Virus record (IMG/VR): IMGVR_UViG_3300031994_000056
DNA: 64,000 bases
Direction: 5' to 3' (one strand)
From: a virus
Taxonomy: Duplodnaviria > Heunggongvirae > Uroviricota > Caudoviricetes
The translations under genes were made by a program, and so were the position numbers. Numbering within the stretch: the stretch's first letter is position 1; each line of letters begins with the position of its first letter. The notes beneath the pieces were generated by a model. The model ran no database searches and was not told where the DNA came from. It saw only the letters and a program-made list of their open reading frames with translations. This document shows positions 10,055 through 19,781 of this stretch, one piece after another.

Positions 10055-10835
10055 ATTAGTTAATGCTTATAGAAAAGGATATAATAAAGACTACTTAAGT
10101 TTTGATGCATTAGATAGTAACGAAGAAAGATTAAGTTTTATAAGAGGATTAATTGAGTCCACTGGGATGTATACAGACGGACATTTAGTTTTATCTGGTA
10201 ATTTCACAGATACTTTAGTAGACTATTTAATTGACTTAACATTTAAACCAATGCCTGTAAGACCTACAGACGGTTATTCGTATTTACAATTAAGTGGAGA
10301 CCGTGCAAAAGACTTTTTAGGAATAATATATAATAACTTTGAAGAAAACTATACACTTGCAAAAGACACAAGAGCTTTTATTAAAGGGAATGTTTTTAAT
10401 AACAAACCACCTTTACAATTTTATTTAGAAGATAAAGATGCAGTAATCCCTTCAAAAGCGTATTTATCTGATACAGGTTATGATTTAACGGTTATAAAAA
10501 AAGTAAAAGATATTGGAGATAAAACTGCGTTATATGATACAGGTGTTGTTGTAGTTCCTCCAGATGGATATTATACAAGAGTTGTAGGAAGAAGTTCAAT
10601 ATCAAAAACTGGATATACATTAGCTAATTGTGAAGGTATAATCGATAACGCATATAGAGGAACAATAAAAATTGCTTTACATAAATATGATGATACGAAA
10701 CCAGATATAGAATGCCCGCATAAAATTGCACAGTTAATTATAGAAAAAAGATATGACTTGCCTGTAGAGATAATACAAGAAAAACCATTATCTGTAAGAG
10801 GAGATGGTGGGTTCGGGAGTACGAATAAAAAGTAA
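10044..10835 (+). CDS. dut: dUTP diphosphatase with an N-terminal extension of about 115 aa
   Basis: All five dUTPase motifs in the C-terminal half: TGYDL, GRSSISKTG, GIIDNAYRGTIKIAL, IAQLII and RGDGGFGSTNK. Confidence 0.85.
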   Translation: MENKLVNAYRKGYNKDYLSFDALDSNEERLSFIRGLIESTGMYTDGHLVLSGNFTDTLVDYLIDLTFKPMPVRPTDGYSYLQLSGDRAKDFLGIIYNNFEENYTLAKDTRAFIKGNVFNNKPPLQFYLEDKDAVIPSKAYLSDTGYDLTVIKKVKDIGDKTALYDTGVVVVPPDGYYTRVVGRSSISKTGYTLANCEGIIDNAYRGTIKIALHKYDDTKPDIECPHKIAQLIIEKRYDLPVEIIQEKPLSVRGDGGFGSTNKK

Positions 10836-10846
10836 GGAGAAATAAA

Positions 10847-11593
10847 ATGAAAGTAACTTTAATCGGTAAAACAAACACAGATATATTAAGTTATACTGAA
10901 TTCTTAGCATGTATAGCTAGACGCTGTTACAGTATTAAACCTTTTAGTCATATTAAAGATACTGTAATACCTAATAGTGCTGAACCTAAAAATAACCAAA
11001 TAGATGCAAATAAACTTGTTAAAAAAATAATTGAATCAGGGCATCATTCTATACTAGAACATATCTCATTAACATTTTCTATTGAAGATGTTCCAGTATA
11101 TTTAGTATCACAACTAACAAGACATAGAATGGCTTCGTTTTCCGTTACAAGTTTTAGATATAATAATTTAACAAAGAAGGATGGTTCTATAAGTCCTTTA
11201 TGGGATGTTCCGTTTGAAAGTTTAACTCATGAACAAGAAGCTGAGTTTAATAAAGCTGCACTTAGATCTTTTGCAACTTATGATCAATTAATAGAACAAG
11301 GTGTTAAACCAGAAGTAGCTAGAGGTATATTACCACAAAGTATGATGACAAATTTAATAATGACAATGAATGTTAGAGAGTTATTTCATTTTATTGATTT
11401 AAGAAATTGTTTAAGGGCTGATAAACCTATCAGAGAATTAGCTAAAGAAATTTTAAAAATATGTGAAACTCTAGACTCTTATTTATTTAGTTTTGCAAAA
11501 CATGATTGTATTAGTTGCAGTAAATTTACAACGTGTGATGTAGTAAGAAAAACACCAACTTGTAAATATAATATGGTGGAGGAAAAGAAATGA
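10847..11593 (+). CDS. thyX: flavin-dependent thymidylate synthase ThyX
   Basis: GHHSILEH and the ThyX signature RHRMASFSVTS (RHR-x7-S); 248 aa. Confidence 0.85.
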   Translation: MKVTLIGKTNTDILSYTEFLACIARRCYSIKPFSHIKDTVIPNSAEPKNNQIDANKLVKKIIESGHHSILEHISLTFSIEDVPVYLVSQLTRHRMASFSVTSFRYNNLTKKDGSISPLWDVPFESLTHEQEAEFNKAALRSFATYDQLIEQGVKPEVARGILPQSMMTNLIMTMNVRELFHFIDLRNCLRADKPIRELAKEILKICETLDSYLFSFAKHDCISCSKFTTCDVVRKTPTCKYNMVEEKK

Positions 11594-11856
11594 ATAGATT
11601 CTTTGGAATGATGCCAAGCAAGGAAGTAGAAAAAGAAAAATGGTATGAAGATGATTTAGGACTTTCAATAGGTATTCAAGCAGGTCCACACGGATGGACA
11701 ATTATGTGGGCAGACACTAGTGCAACGTGGAAAGATAACGATGCAACTACGGAAGAAAATTTTGAAGATGCTTTAAAAACATTGAAATCATATCCTGGAT
11801 TTGATACTGTAAAAGAAAAAGGTAGTGAAAAAAGCGAAATAGCAATGGAGGAATAA
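11590..11856 (+). CDS. hypothetical protein
   Basis: 88 aa; ATGA overlap with the thyX stop. Confidence 0.5.
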   Translation: MNRFFGMMPSKEVEKEKWYEDDLGLSIGIQAGPHGWTIMWADTSATWKDNDATTEENFEDALKTLKSYPGFDTVKEKGSEKSEIAMEE

Positions 11857-11857
11857 T

Positions 11858-12106
11858 ATGTGTGACGATTTAAAATGTAATGCAAATAATCTTGATCTTG
11901 TTAAAGGTGAAGATGTTATAATCAAAGAGAACTTAATTTGGAAAATAAAACGTATGGCAGGTATGTATATAAGAGAAGCAAATTATACCACAGAGGATTA
12001 CATCCATAATTTTGATAAAACAAGAGGTATGATATATTTTGTAGATGAAATTGTTAAAACAATTCGTGATTTGAAAATAGATACAACGAAAGGAGAAAGT
12101 AAATGA
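11858..12106 (+). CDS. hypothetical protein
   Basis: 82 aa; coupled. Confidence 0.45.
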   Translation: MCDDLKCNANNLDLVKGEDVIIKENLIWKIKRMAGMYIREANYTTEDYIHNFDKTRGMIYFVDEIVKTIRDLKIDTTKGESK

Positions 12107-12576
12107 GTATAAAAGAACGTTGGCAGAATTTTAAACTATGGTGGAAGTATCCATTCATTAGACCTAGAACACTAGCAAGAGATAAATACTGCAGTAATTT
12201 TTTTAGTTATACATTATTACATTCAATTCCACAAGGTTGGATGAAAACATTCGGTATTCAGTTTTGTGAAGATTTAAAAAAAGTATTAAAAAGTTATACA
12301 AAAGATGTTCGTAAATCTTTCCGTATTTACGATATAAAAGAAAAATGGGGAAAATTACAAATATCTTGTAATTGGTATACTCCAGAAATAGAAAATGTGT
12401 TAGTTAAATATGAAAAACTTTCTCAAAGAACTTGTATATTTTGTGGTCATAAAGCAAAGTGGTTAAGTAAAGGATATATTCTTCCTTACTGTAATGACTG
12501 TATGAAAAAAGAAAAACACACACGTAAATTTATATCTTTATTTAAAAAAGGAAAAAAACATGGAAAAAATAGATAG
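12103..12576 (+). CDS. hypothetical protein with a C-terminal CxxC...CxxC zinc-ribbon
   Basis: CIFCGH...CNDC motif; 157 aa. Confidence 0.5.
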   Translation: MSIKERWQNFKLWWKYPFIRPRTLARDKYCSNFFSYTLLHSIPQGWMKTFGIQFCEDLKKVLKSYTKDVRKSFRIYDIKEKWGKLQISCNWYTPEIENVLVKYEKLSQRTCIFCGHKAKWLSKGYILPYCNDCMKKEKHTRKFISLFKKGKKHGKNR

Positions 12577-12973
12577 TTTAGCAAGATTAACACAGTTATT
12601 AAGTAACAATTTGAAAGATTACAATATTATATTACAAACACTACTAAACACTAATAAAGCCAAAGAACCAAGCGTTATTTTTGATGGTACAGATACTGTA
12701 ACATATATAATACCTGGTTGTGATATAATACAATTTAAAATATTTAAACAAAATAATAATGAACAATATTTTTTATATACTGATAAAGGAAATTTATGTT
12801 ATACTAATGATTATATAAAAGATAAAGGAGTTGCACTTCATAATAGAATAATTTTAGAAAAACCAACTTATGATGAGGTGTATGATTTCTGTTATACTTA
12901 TTATGTGCATCCATTAACATTAAATAAAGATAAATATAAAAGTATAAATAAAATATTTAAAAGGAAAAGATAA
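12560..12973 (+). CDS. hypothetical protein
   Basis: 137-aa ORF. Confidence 0.45.
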   Translation: MEKIDSLARLTQLLSNNLKDYNIILQTLLNTNKAKEPSVIFDGTDTVTYIIPGCDIIQFKIFKQNNNEQYFLYTDKGNLCYTNDYIKDKGVALHNRIILEKPTYDEVYDFCYTYYVHPLTLNKDKYKSINKIFKRKR

Positions 12974-13546
12974 ATGGCAGAAAAAAAAGTTTTTATAATT
13001 AGTGATACACATTTTGCACACACAAGAATTATTCAGTATGAAAATCGCCCATTTAATTCTGTAAAGGAAATGGATAAAGAAATAATTAAAAGATGGAATG
13101 AAAAAGTTACAAATAATGATATAGTATTTCATTTAGGTGATTTTTGTTTTGGGAATAAAGAAATGATTTCAGCAATTATATCTGAACTTAATGGAAAGAA
13201 AATATTGGTAATGGGTAACCATGATAGAGGACATAACATAAAATATTATTTAGATTGTGGTTTTGATGAAGTATATAATTATCCAATATTATATAAAGAA
13301 TTTTTTATATTTAGTCATGAACCAATAACATATTTAAAGGCACCGTTTACAAATTTGTATGGGCATATACATGGTAGTCCTAACTACCCTACATTTACAA
13401 GAAACAGTGTTTGTTGTTGTGTAGAAAGATGGAATTATGCACCAATAAATTTTAATACAATACTTTTAAATTTAGAAAGATTACAAAGGCAAATGGAAAC
13501 AGCATTAAATACATATAAGCCAATAGAAACATTGGAGGATAAATAA
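12974..13546 (+). CDS. metallophosphoesterase (calcineurin-like phosphoesterase)
   Basis: FIISDTHFAH, HLGDF and VMGNHD metal-binding motifs. Confidence 0.7.
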   Translation: MAEKKVFIISDTHFAHTRIIQYENRPFNSVKEMDKEIIKRWNEKVTNNDIVFHLGDFCFGNKEMISAIISELNGKKILVMGNHDRGHNIKYYLDCGFDEVYNYPILYKEFFIFSHEPITYLKAPFTNLYGHIHGSPNYPTFTRNSVCCCVERWNYAPINFNTILLNLERLQRQMETALNTYKPIETLEDK

Positions 13547-13933
13547 ATGACTGGTAAAAATATCATTGATGTTATTTTAGAAAATAAAGAAAAAATAAAA
13601 TATATCGGATACACTTTTCCAGATATAGATACAAGCGGATATTATAAATTTAAATTTTACTTCGATACAAAAAATGTATTTGGTTTTAGAAAATACTTAG
13701 ATATTATTTGTTGGGATGATATTGAACGATATAATATGAAAAACCCTTTGGATATACGTATTGAAATTCCTTCATGGAATATTTTTAAATACAATGATTA
13801 TATTGATGTAAAAGACATAAAACTTTCTACAGAACTAAAAAATATTTATGATAGATACGTTTATAATGATATAAATTCTTCATGGATACATCTAGGAGAA
13901 GTATTAGATAAAAATCTTAATGGGAAAAAATAA
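13547..13933 (+). CDS. hypothetical protein
   Basis: 128 aa; 1-nt gap after the previous gene. Confidence 0.45.
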   Translation: MTGKNIIDVILENKEKIKYIGYTFPDIDTSGYYKFKFYFDTKNVFGFRKYLDIICWDDIERYNMKNPLDIRIEIPSWNIFKYNDYIDVKDIKLSTELKNIYDRYVYNDINSSWIHLGEVLDKNLNGKK

Positions 13934-13935
13934 AT

Positions 13936-13966
13936 TTGACATTTTTAAAAAAATTTGTTTTAATAA
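13936..13966 (+). promoter_or_regulatory. putative promoter (TTGACA with a 17-nt spacer and a TAATAA-like -10)
   Basis: ttgaca at 13936-13941; tgttttaataat -10 region; AAGGGAG ribosome-binding site and the ATG at 13982 follow. Confidence 0.4.
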
Positions 13967-13981
13967 TTCAAAAAGGGAGAA

Positions 13982-14197
13982 ATGAAAATGAAAGAAGAAA
14001 CTTTTATAAATATTATGGAATTAGTAGCAATTGCAATGTTTCTAGTATTCGTTATTGTTGGGACAACGTCTATTGCACAAGTAAATAATAGATTAGATGA
14101 ACAAAATATTATTTTAAAAGAATTAGTTATAGCTTGCCAAAATCAAGCAGATGCAATTCAAGAGCAAAATAAAATATTTAATGCGGAGGAAAAGTAA
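13982..14197 (+). CDS. small membrane protein
   Basis: 71 aa with one TM helix (ELVAIAMFLVFVIVGTT). Confidence 0.45.
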   Translation: MKMKEETFINIMELVAIAMFLVFVIVGTTSIAQVNNRLDEQNIILKELVIACQNQADAIQEQNKIFNAEEK

Positions 14198-14294
14198 TGT
14201 CAATATCTGCATTTATAGTAATAATATCAATTATAGCTGCTGTGGTTTTCATAGCAAACTATAAAAATAAAAGATAGAAAGGAGAAACAAAGAA

Positions 14295-15488
14295 ATGGTA
14301 AGAGAAACAGAAACAAAAAAAGAATGGAGTTTTTTAGGTTTTAACAAGAAAGAATTTTCACTTATTATTTTAAGTGTATTAATTATTCTTGTAGTAGTAT
14401 GTAGTGGATGGATTTTTGAAACAAATACATTCGGTTATTACCAAGTAAAGCAAGCAGCAATAACCGGTAATGTTACAGTAAGAAATGATCCAGGTGTTTA
14501 TTTACAGTGGTTTGGAAATATTTACACATATCAAATATCAGAAGACTTTGACTTTGAAGATGCAGGACTCACAGTTAGATTTAATGATGGTTCTGTTGCA
14601 GCAGTAAAAGGAACTGTTAAGTTTAAATTATCTTTAAAGCCAGAAATACAAAAAGAACTTCATAGAGATTATGCAAGTTTTAAAAATGTTATGGTTGATC
14701 TAATACAAAAGAATGTTCAAGAAAGTTTAAGTAATACTGCTACTCTTATGAAAGCAGAAGACTCATATTCATCAAGACGTGCTGAATTTTCTAATGTTGC
14801 TAAACAGCAACTTGAACAAGGTATATTTAAAACAAAGAGTGAAATTGTAGACTCTGTTGATGAGAAAGGAACAAAGTTCAAAGAAAAATTAATTGAAGTA
14901 GTTTATGATAAAGATGGTAATCCAATAATTCAAAAACCTTCTTTATTAAAACATTATGATATTGAGATACTTCAATTTGTTGTAAATGATTTTGAATATG
15001 ATGCAAAAGTAAAAGAATTAATTGATAAGAAAAAAGAAGCTGAACAGATTAAAGTTGTTGCAGTAGCTAATGCAGAAAAAGCAAAACAAAATGCATTGAC
15101 TGCAGAAGCAGAAGGTTCTGCAAAGATTGCTCAAGCTAAAGCAGAAGCTGAAGTACAAAAAATGACTGAAGTTGTTGAAGCTCAGAAAAGAGCAGAAGTT
15201 GCAAAACTTGAAGCACAAAGAGCAACTTTTGAAGCAGCTAAAATTAAAGCTGAAGGTGAAGCACAAGCTTATGCTGCTAGATTAAAAGTACAAGCTGGAT
15301 TGACTCCTTTAGAAAAAGCTACTATAGAAAAAGAAACTAAGATAGGAATTGCAGCAGAACTTGCTAAAGTAAAATTCCCAGAAAGAATGATAGTAGCTGG
15401 TGGTAGTGGAAATGGTCATTCACCAAATCCATTTGATGCAGTTGGATTAAAAGCATTATATGAACTTTCAAGTCAAATGAGTAAATAA
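14295..15488 (+). CDS. SPFH / band-7 (prohibitin/flotillin-like) membrane protein
   Basis: N-terminal TM, then SPFH-like core, then an Ala/Glu/Lys-rich coiled coil (AEAEGSAKIAQAKAEAEVQK...). Confidence 0.6.
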   Translation: MVRETETKKEWSFLGFNKKEFSLIILSVLIILVVVCSGWIFETNTFGYYQVKQAAITGNVTVRNDPGVYLQWFGNIYTYQISEDFDFEDAGLTVRFNDGSVAAVKGTVKFKLSLKPEIQKELHRDYASFKNVMVDLIQKNVQESLSNTATLMKAEDSYSSRRAEFSNVAKQQLEQGIFKTKSEIVDSVDEKGTKFKEKLIEVVYDKDGNPIIQKPSLLKHYDIEILQFVVNDFEYDAKVKELIDKKKEAEQIKVVAVANAEKAKQNALTAEAEGSAKIAQAKAEAEVQKMTEVVEAQKRAEVAKLEAQRATFEAAKIKAEGEAQAYAARLKVQAGLTPLEKATIEKETKIGIAAELAKVKFPERMIVAGGSGNGHSPNPFDAVGLKALYELSSQMSK

Positions 15489-15923
15489 ATGAGTATAATA
15501 CTTTTAGTAATTGCTTTTATAATATTATGTTATGTAATCTTCCCTCGTATTTATCTACGAGGGAAGAAACTAGTTAAAAAATCTTCTAAGAAAGAAAACG
15601 CAAGTACAGTTACATTTTGTGTCGGTAAAAAAGAAGATAAACCTAAAACTGTTGTAGTAAATACTAAAGAAAAATCTTATAAATTTGAATTAGATAAAAA
15701 TAAAGAATTTACAAAAGAAGCATATGATCGTGCGGTAAAAATTGTTTTGGCTGAAGAAACAAATATACCTTTAGAGGAATTAGTTTATTTAAATAGTTTA
15801 CCAGAATGCACATATTATGTATATAATAAAAGAACACGTGATTATTATAAAATATCTTGGCATCAAGTACAAGTAAGGATTAATCAATTATACTCTTATG
15901 TGAGGCATCAGTATGAAAATTAA
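15489..15923 (+). CDS. hypothetical membrane-anchored protein
   Basis: 144 aa; N-terminal TM helix. Confidence 0.45.
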   Translation: MSIILLVIAFIILCYVIFPRIYLRGKKLVKKSSKKENASTVTFCVGKKEDKPKTVVVNTKEKSYKFELDKNKEFTKEAYDRAVKIVLAEETNIPLEELVYLNSLPECTYYVYNKRTRDYYKISWHQVQVRINQLYSYVRHQYEN

Positions 15924-16188
15924 AATTTATATTAATAATGCTCCATATACAGTAAAAGAAAATGAATTATATTTATATAGACCAGAGTTAAAGAATGAAC
16001 CTGTTACTATTGTTAGAGCAATCTTAGAGCTAATTAATAAAATGGAAATAAGTATTTTTTCTATGAATATAACTTTTGTAAAAGAATTAAAAGAATTATT
16101 AAATAGACATAATATAAAATGTGAGTATTATATAAATGATGATCTAACTACATTTAAACAAGTTGAAAGATTTTTTAGGAGAGACTAA
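15913..16188 (+). CDS. hypothetical protein
   Basis: 91-aa ORF. Confidence 0.45.
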   Translation: MKIKIYINNAPYTVKENELYLYRPELKNEPVTIVRAILELINKMEISIFSMNITFVKELKELLNRHNIKCEYYINDDLTTFKQVERFFRRD

Positions 16189-16337
16189 TGGAAATTAAAG
16201 TAGGACAGGTTTATACATTTAATGATGGTGAAACATATGACGTAATAAATAATATAGATAAAGACGGTAAAATATGGTATCAAATTTGGCAAATAAAGGA
16301 TTTAACATATTGGGATGAAAAAACACCTATTCTTTAG
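16188..16337 (+). CDS. hypothetical small protein (49 aa, absent from the ORF track)
   Basis: ATG overlaps the previous stop (TAATG): MEIKVGQVYTFNDGETYDV... Confidence 0.4.
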   Translation: MEIKVGQVYTFNDGETYDVINNIDKDGKIWYQIWQIKDLTYWDEKTPIL

Positions 16338-16369
16338 AATTTATAAATATTTATATATAGGAGAAATTT

Positions 16370-16711
16370 ATGGCAGAACAAAAAACAATAAATGAAAAAG
16401 AAATATTTGAAAGAAACAAAGAAACATTAAAATTTATGTTACCTGATAAAGGTTTTGTTTTTGCAGATTATACTATGCTTTCTACTGTTCAATGTATAGA
16501 ATATTCAATGAAATATGATGAGTACACAATTACTATTGTCCTACATACAGATAATACTTTAAAACTTATGATATGTAATGATACAACAAAAAATTTAATA
16601 ATTTCAAGAAGGTTAAAACCAACAGATTCTTCTGAAGCAAGTTTTATAGTTGCAATAACAAAACTTTATAATTTTATTATAAGTTTTAAAAATATTTTTA
16701 TAGAAAAATAA
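16370..16711 (+). CDS. hypothetical protein
   Basis: 113 aa; GGAG ribosome-binding site. Confidence 0.45.
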   Translation: MAEQKTINEKEIFERNKETLKFMLPDKGFVFADYTMLSTVQCIEYSMKYDEYTITIVLHTDNTLKLMICNDTTKNLIISRRLKPTDSSEASFIVAITKLYNFIISFKNIFIEK

Positions 16712-16723
16712 AAGGAGAAATTT

Positions 16724-17113
16724 ATGGTAGATGAAAAAATAGAAGAAAAGAATTTTAATTTAGTAGCTTATTGGGCATTAGCATATAATTGTATAGTTTT
16801 AGATAAAATAATGATATATATTTCTATAGCAGGGCTAATATTTTTAGGTTTCTTTACTGAAACAAAAATAACAGCAGAAATGGCAACATGGGCAATGTTT
16901 ATATTGAAAGGTATATCTATTATAGCTTTTACAATTACACTAATTATATCTTTAATATTGTTAAAAATAAATAACAAAGTTATGATAGCAGTTTTAGAAA
17001 ATAACAATATAAAGAATGACCTTGAAACATTAGCAAGAGAAGGTGATGGTATAAGTTTTACATGTTGTTTAATAGGAATAATTACATTAGTATTATTTAT
17101 TTTATTTAAATAA
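16724..17113 (+). CDS. membrane protein (3-4 TM)
   Basis: 129 aa; hydrophobic throughout. Confidence 0.5.
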   Translation: MVDEKIEEKNFNLVAYWALAYNCIVLDKIMIYISIAGLIFLGFFTETKITAEMATWAMFILKGISIIAFTITLIISLILLKINNKVMIAVLENNNIKNDLETLAREGDGISFTCCLIGIITLVLFILFK

Positions 17114-17122
17114 GGAGGATAA

Positions 17123-17296
17123 ATGAGAATATACATAGCAATGCATGAATGGGAAGAAATTAGTTCAAGTAGAAATTATGAAATTTTAGGTGTTTTTAAA
17201 TCAGCTGAAGAAGCTAATGAATGTTTAATACATGTTACGCATAATCGTGGTTTTTTAAGTAAAGATAAATATTTTATAAAAGATTATGTTATATAA
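17123..17296 (+). CDS. hypothetical small protein (57 aa, absent from the ORF track)
   Basis: TAAGGAGGA ribosome-binding site then ATG: MRIYIAMHEWEEISSSRNYEILGVFKSAEEANE... Confidence 0.45.
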   Translation: MRIYIAMHEWEEISSSRNYEILGVFKSAEEANECLIHVTHNRGFLSKDKYFIKDYVI

Positions 17297-17312
17297 TAGG
17301 AGAATTATAAAA

Positions 17313-17717
17313 ATGTTTAAGCTATCTCAAGAAGAAATAGATAAAATGAAAGAAGAAGTAAAAGAACTTAAAAAGAAAATAGATAGATTAGAATGGTTTA
17401 TAAGAATAAATGAATACGACTCAAATGAACATAAAGTTTATGAAGGTGGTAGTGATTTACATTTAAACTACGAAGGCACAAGAGAAAGAAAAAATATTAT
17501 TGGTGTTCAACAAACTGAAACTTCAGATAATATAGAATATAATAAAGTAGATTCATATAGTAAAGTAATAGGTAAAGTTAAAAAACAAAGTCCATTTGAT
17601 ACTTATGAACCACCATTTGAATGTTGTAAAGATTGTCCAAATAATTTTAAAAATAATCCATCAAGTGGTGGAGTATGTAGTTGCGATTTACCTTATCATG
17701 AGATGTTAAGGTGGTAG
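17313..17717 (+). CDS. hypothetical protein with a coiled coil and a Cys-rich C-terminus
   Basis: Start moved to the ATG after the GGAGA ribosome-binding site (MFKLSQEE...); CCKDCPNN...CSC. Confidence 0.45.
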   Translation: MFKLSQEEIDKMKEEVKELKKKIDRLEWFIRINEYDSNEHKVYEGGSDLHLNYEGTRERKNIIGVQQTETSDNIEYNKVDSYSKVIGKVKKQSPFDTYEPPFECCKDCPNNFKNNPSSGGVCSCDLPYHEMLRW

Positions 17718-17719
17718 AT

Positions 17720-17881
17720 ATGATAAATACTAATACAAAAGAAATAACATTTACGATGGATACAAAAAATAATAGATATTATTTTGGATGTGGAATATTT
17801 TATATATTTTATACAAGAGTTAATAGAAATAATTTAAATAATTATTCATGTCATTTTATAGGCAAGGAGTTAAAAAAATGA
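17720..17881 (+). CDS. hypothetical small protein (52 aa)
   Basis: Its stop overlaps the next gene's start (ATGA at 17878). Confidence 0.35.
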   Translation: MINTNTKEITFTMDTKNNRYYFGCGIFYIFYTRVNRNNLNNYSCHFIGKELKK

Positions 17882-19419
17882 GTTTAATTATTGCAGGGTT
17901 TCCCGGTATGGGTAAAGATGTTGATATAAATACACCAGTATTAACTTTAAATGGGTGGACAAAAGCAGGTAATATAAAATTAGGTGATTATTTAATTGGA
18001 CAAAATGGTAGACCAACTAAAGTTGTAGGTGTGTATCCACAAGGTGTTTTAGATAAATATGAAATAACTTTCAATGACAATACAAAAACAAATTGTGGTA
18101 TAGATCATTTATGGCAAGTAGCAAAAACAATAAATAAAAAAACAAATGAACCAAGATGGCAAGTTTTAAGTTTAAGAGAAATAATTAAAGATGGTATTGT
18201 TCGCAAATATGGAAATAAAATAAAGAGCAAATGGAGAATACCACTTACACAACCTGTACAATTTGAAGAACAAAAACATATAATAGATTCTTATATTTTA
18301 GGAACGTTAATAGGTAATGGCTATTTATGTGGCAATGTTGTTGAATATATTGGCTCTAATGAAGATAACTTTATAATAGATAAAATAAAAAAACTAATTA
18401 ACAATAAAAATATTTCTTTTGAAAATTGCACAACAAAAAATCAAACTTGCAACCACTATAAATTTATTAGGAAAAATAAACAAAATGAATATAAAAAAGA
18501 AATTAATAGACTTGGATTAAATGTAAAATCTGGACAAAAGTTTATACCAAAAGAATATTTAGTTGATTCTATAGAAAACAGAATAAAATTGTTAAATGGT
18601 TTAATGGATACTGATGGTTCAAGCAATCCAAGAAATAGAATTACATATTCAACAACTTCTAAACAACTTGTAGAAAATATTATAGAACTAGTACAGTCAT
18701 TAGGTGGAATGGCATGGTGTCATGTTTATAATAGAATTGGGAGAGAAAAGGAATACAAAGGAAAAAAGTATATTACAAAATCACTTGAGTACACAATTAG
18801 AATCACATTAAATAATATTTGTCCTTTTTCATTACCGAGAAAAGCTAAAAATTGGAGAAAAACAAAGTTTAAAAGATATTTGATTGATATTAAAAAAATT
18901 AAACCTGCAGAATCTGTTTGTTTTAGAGTTGATAATAAAGATGGACTGTTTTTAATAGAGAACTATATTGTAACACATAATTCTTCTTTATTTAATGAGA
19001 ATAAAGAATATTATTCTGATAGTGATAGTTCAAAATTTAATAAAAAAGATTTTCCAAATAACTATATAAAACATATTAAAAGTATTATGGGAAAAAAACA
19101 ATTAATACTTGTTTCTTCTCATATAGAAGTAAGAAATGCTTTAGTAAAAGAAAACATACCTTTTATTTATGTATTACCTACGCTTGATAGATTAGAAGAA
19201 TTTTGTAGTAATTATGAGAAGCGTGGATCATCAAAAGAATTTATAGAAAAAGTTAGAAAGAATTGGGAACAATGGTTAATGATTTCTGGATATAATACAG
19301 AGTATCCAGTTTACTTTTGTAAGCATGGTTATTTAAAAGATAATTTAGAAGGTATAGTAAAAGAGTATAATAAATTCTATAATGAACAAGTAAATAGAAT
19401 GATTAATTGGCAGGTATAA
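17878..19419 (+). CDS. P-loop NTPase / kinase-like protein interrupted by an intein in the Walker-A motif
   Basis: N-extein MSLIIAGFPGMGK plus C-extein SSLF... rebuilds GxxGxGKS; AAGGAG ribosome-binding site before the ATG at 17878; extein is about 165 aa. Confidence 0.65.
   Translation: MSLIIAGFPGMGKDVDINTPVLTLNGWTKAGNIKLGDYLIGQNGRPTKVVGVYPQGVLDKYEITFNDNTKTNCGIDHLWQVAKTINKKTNEPRWQVLSLREIIKDGIVRKYGNKIKSKWRIPLTQPVQFEEQKHIIDSYILGTLIGNGYLCGNVVEYIGSNEDNFIIDKIKKLINNKNISFENCTTKNQTCNHYKFIRKNKQNEYKKEINRLGLNVKSGQKFIPKEYLVDSIENRIKLLNGLMDTDGSSNPRNRITYSTTSKQLVENIIELVQSLGGMAWCHVYNRIGREKEYKGKKYITKSLEYTIRITLNNICPFSLPRKAKNWRKTKFKRYLIDIKKIKPAESVCFRVDNKDGLFLIENYIVTHNSSLFNENKEYYSDSDSSKFNKKDFPNNYIKHIKSIMGKKQLILVSSHIEVRNALVKENIPFIYVLPTLDRLEEFCSNYEKRGSSKEFIEKVRKNWEQWLMISGYNTEYPVYFCKHGYLKDNLEGIVKEYNKFYNEQVNRMINWQV
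17917..18981 (+). mobile_element. intein (355 aa) with a LAGLIDADG homing-endonuclease domain; class-3-like features
   Basis: Block A DVDINTPVLTLNG (first residue is Asp, not Cys/Ser); LAGLIDADG motifs ILGTLIGNGY and LLNGLMDTDGS; C-terminal IVTHN followed by Ser +1; Trp in DHLW, Cys in SVCF and Thr in VTHN form a WCT triad. Confidence 0.6.
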
Positions 19420-19781
19420 TTTTGGAAATTCAAAACGAAAGATTACGTGCATTAATAAAAGATCAGGTTACTGTAATGAGAAATTATTACAAAGACCTGT
19501 GTCATTATTTTTATATTGTTAAAGGATATAAAACTCCTTTAGTTGCAACAAAGTTTATGTCTGTTGAATTATTTGAATTATATCATGTAACAATAAATTT
19601 TAATGAAGCACTTAGAAGACTTTATAATTTATTAGAAGTATCGTCTAATCAAACGGTACAGATTGCGGATGAAGAATTAGAAAAATTACTTACACAAAAG
19701 AAAAATTCATTTACATATTATACACATTCAAAAATTTCTGGTAAAGAAGCGCATGTGTATAATTTAGACGGAGGAGTATAA
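19407..19781 (+). CDS. hypothetical protein
   Basis: 124-aa ORF. Confidence 0.45.
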   Translation: MAGIILEIQNERLRALIKDQVTVMRNYYKDLCHYFYIVKGYKTPLVATKFMSVELFELYHVTINFNEALRRLYNLLEVSSNQTVQIADEELEKLLTQKKNSFTYYTHSKISGKEAHVYNLDGGV

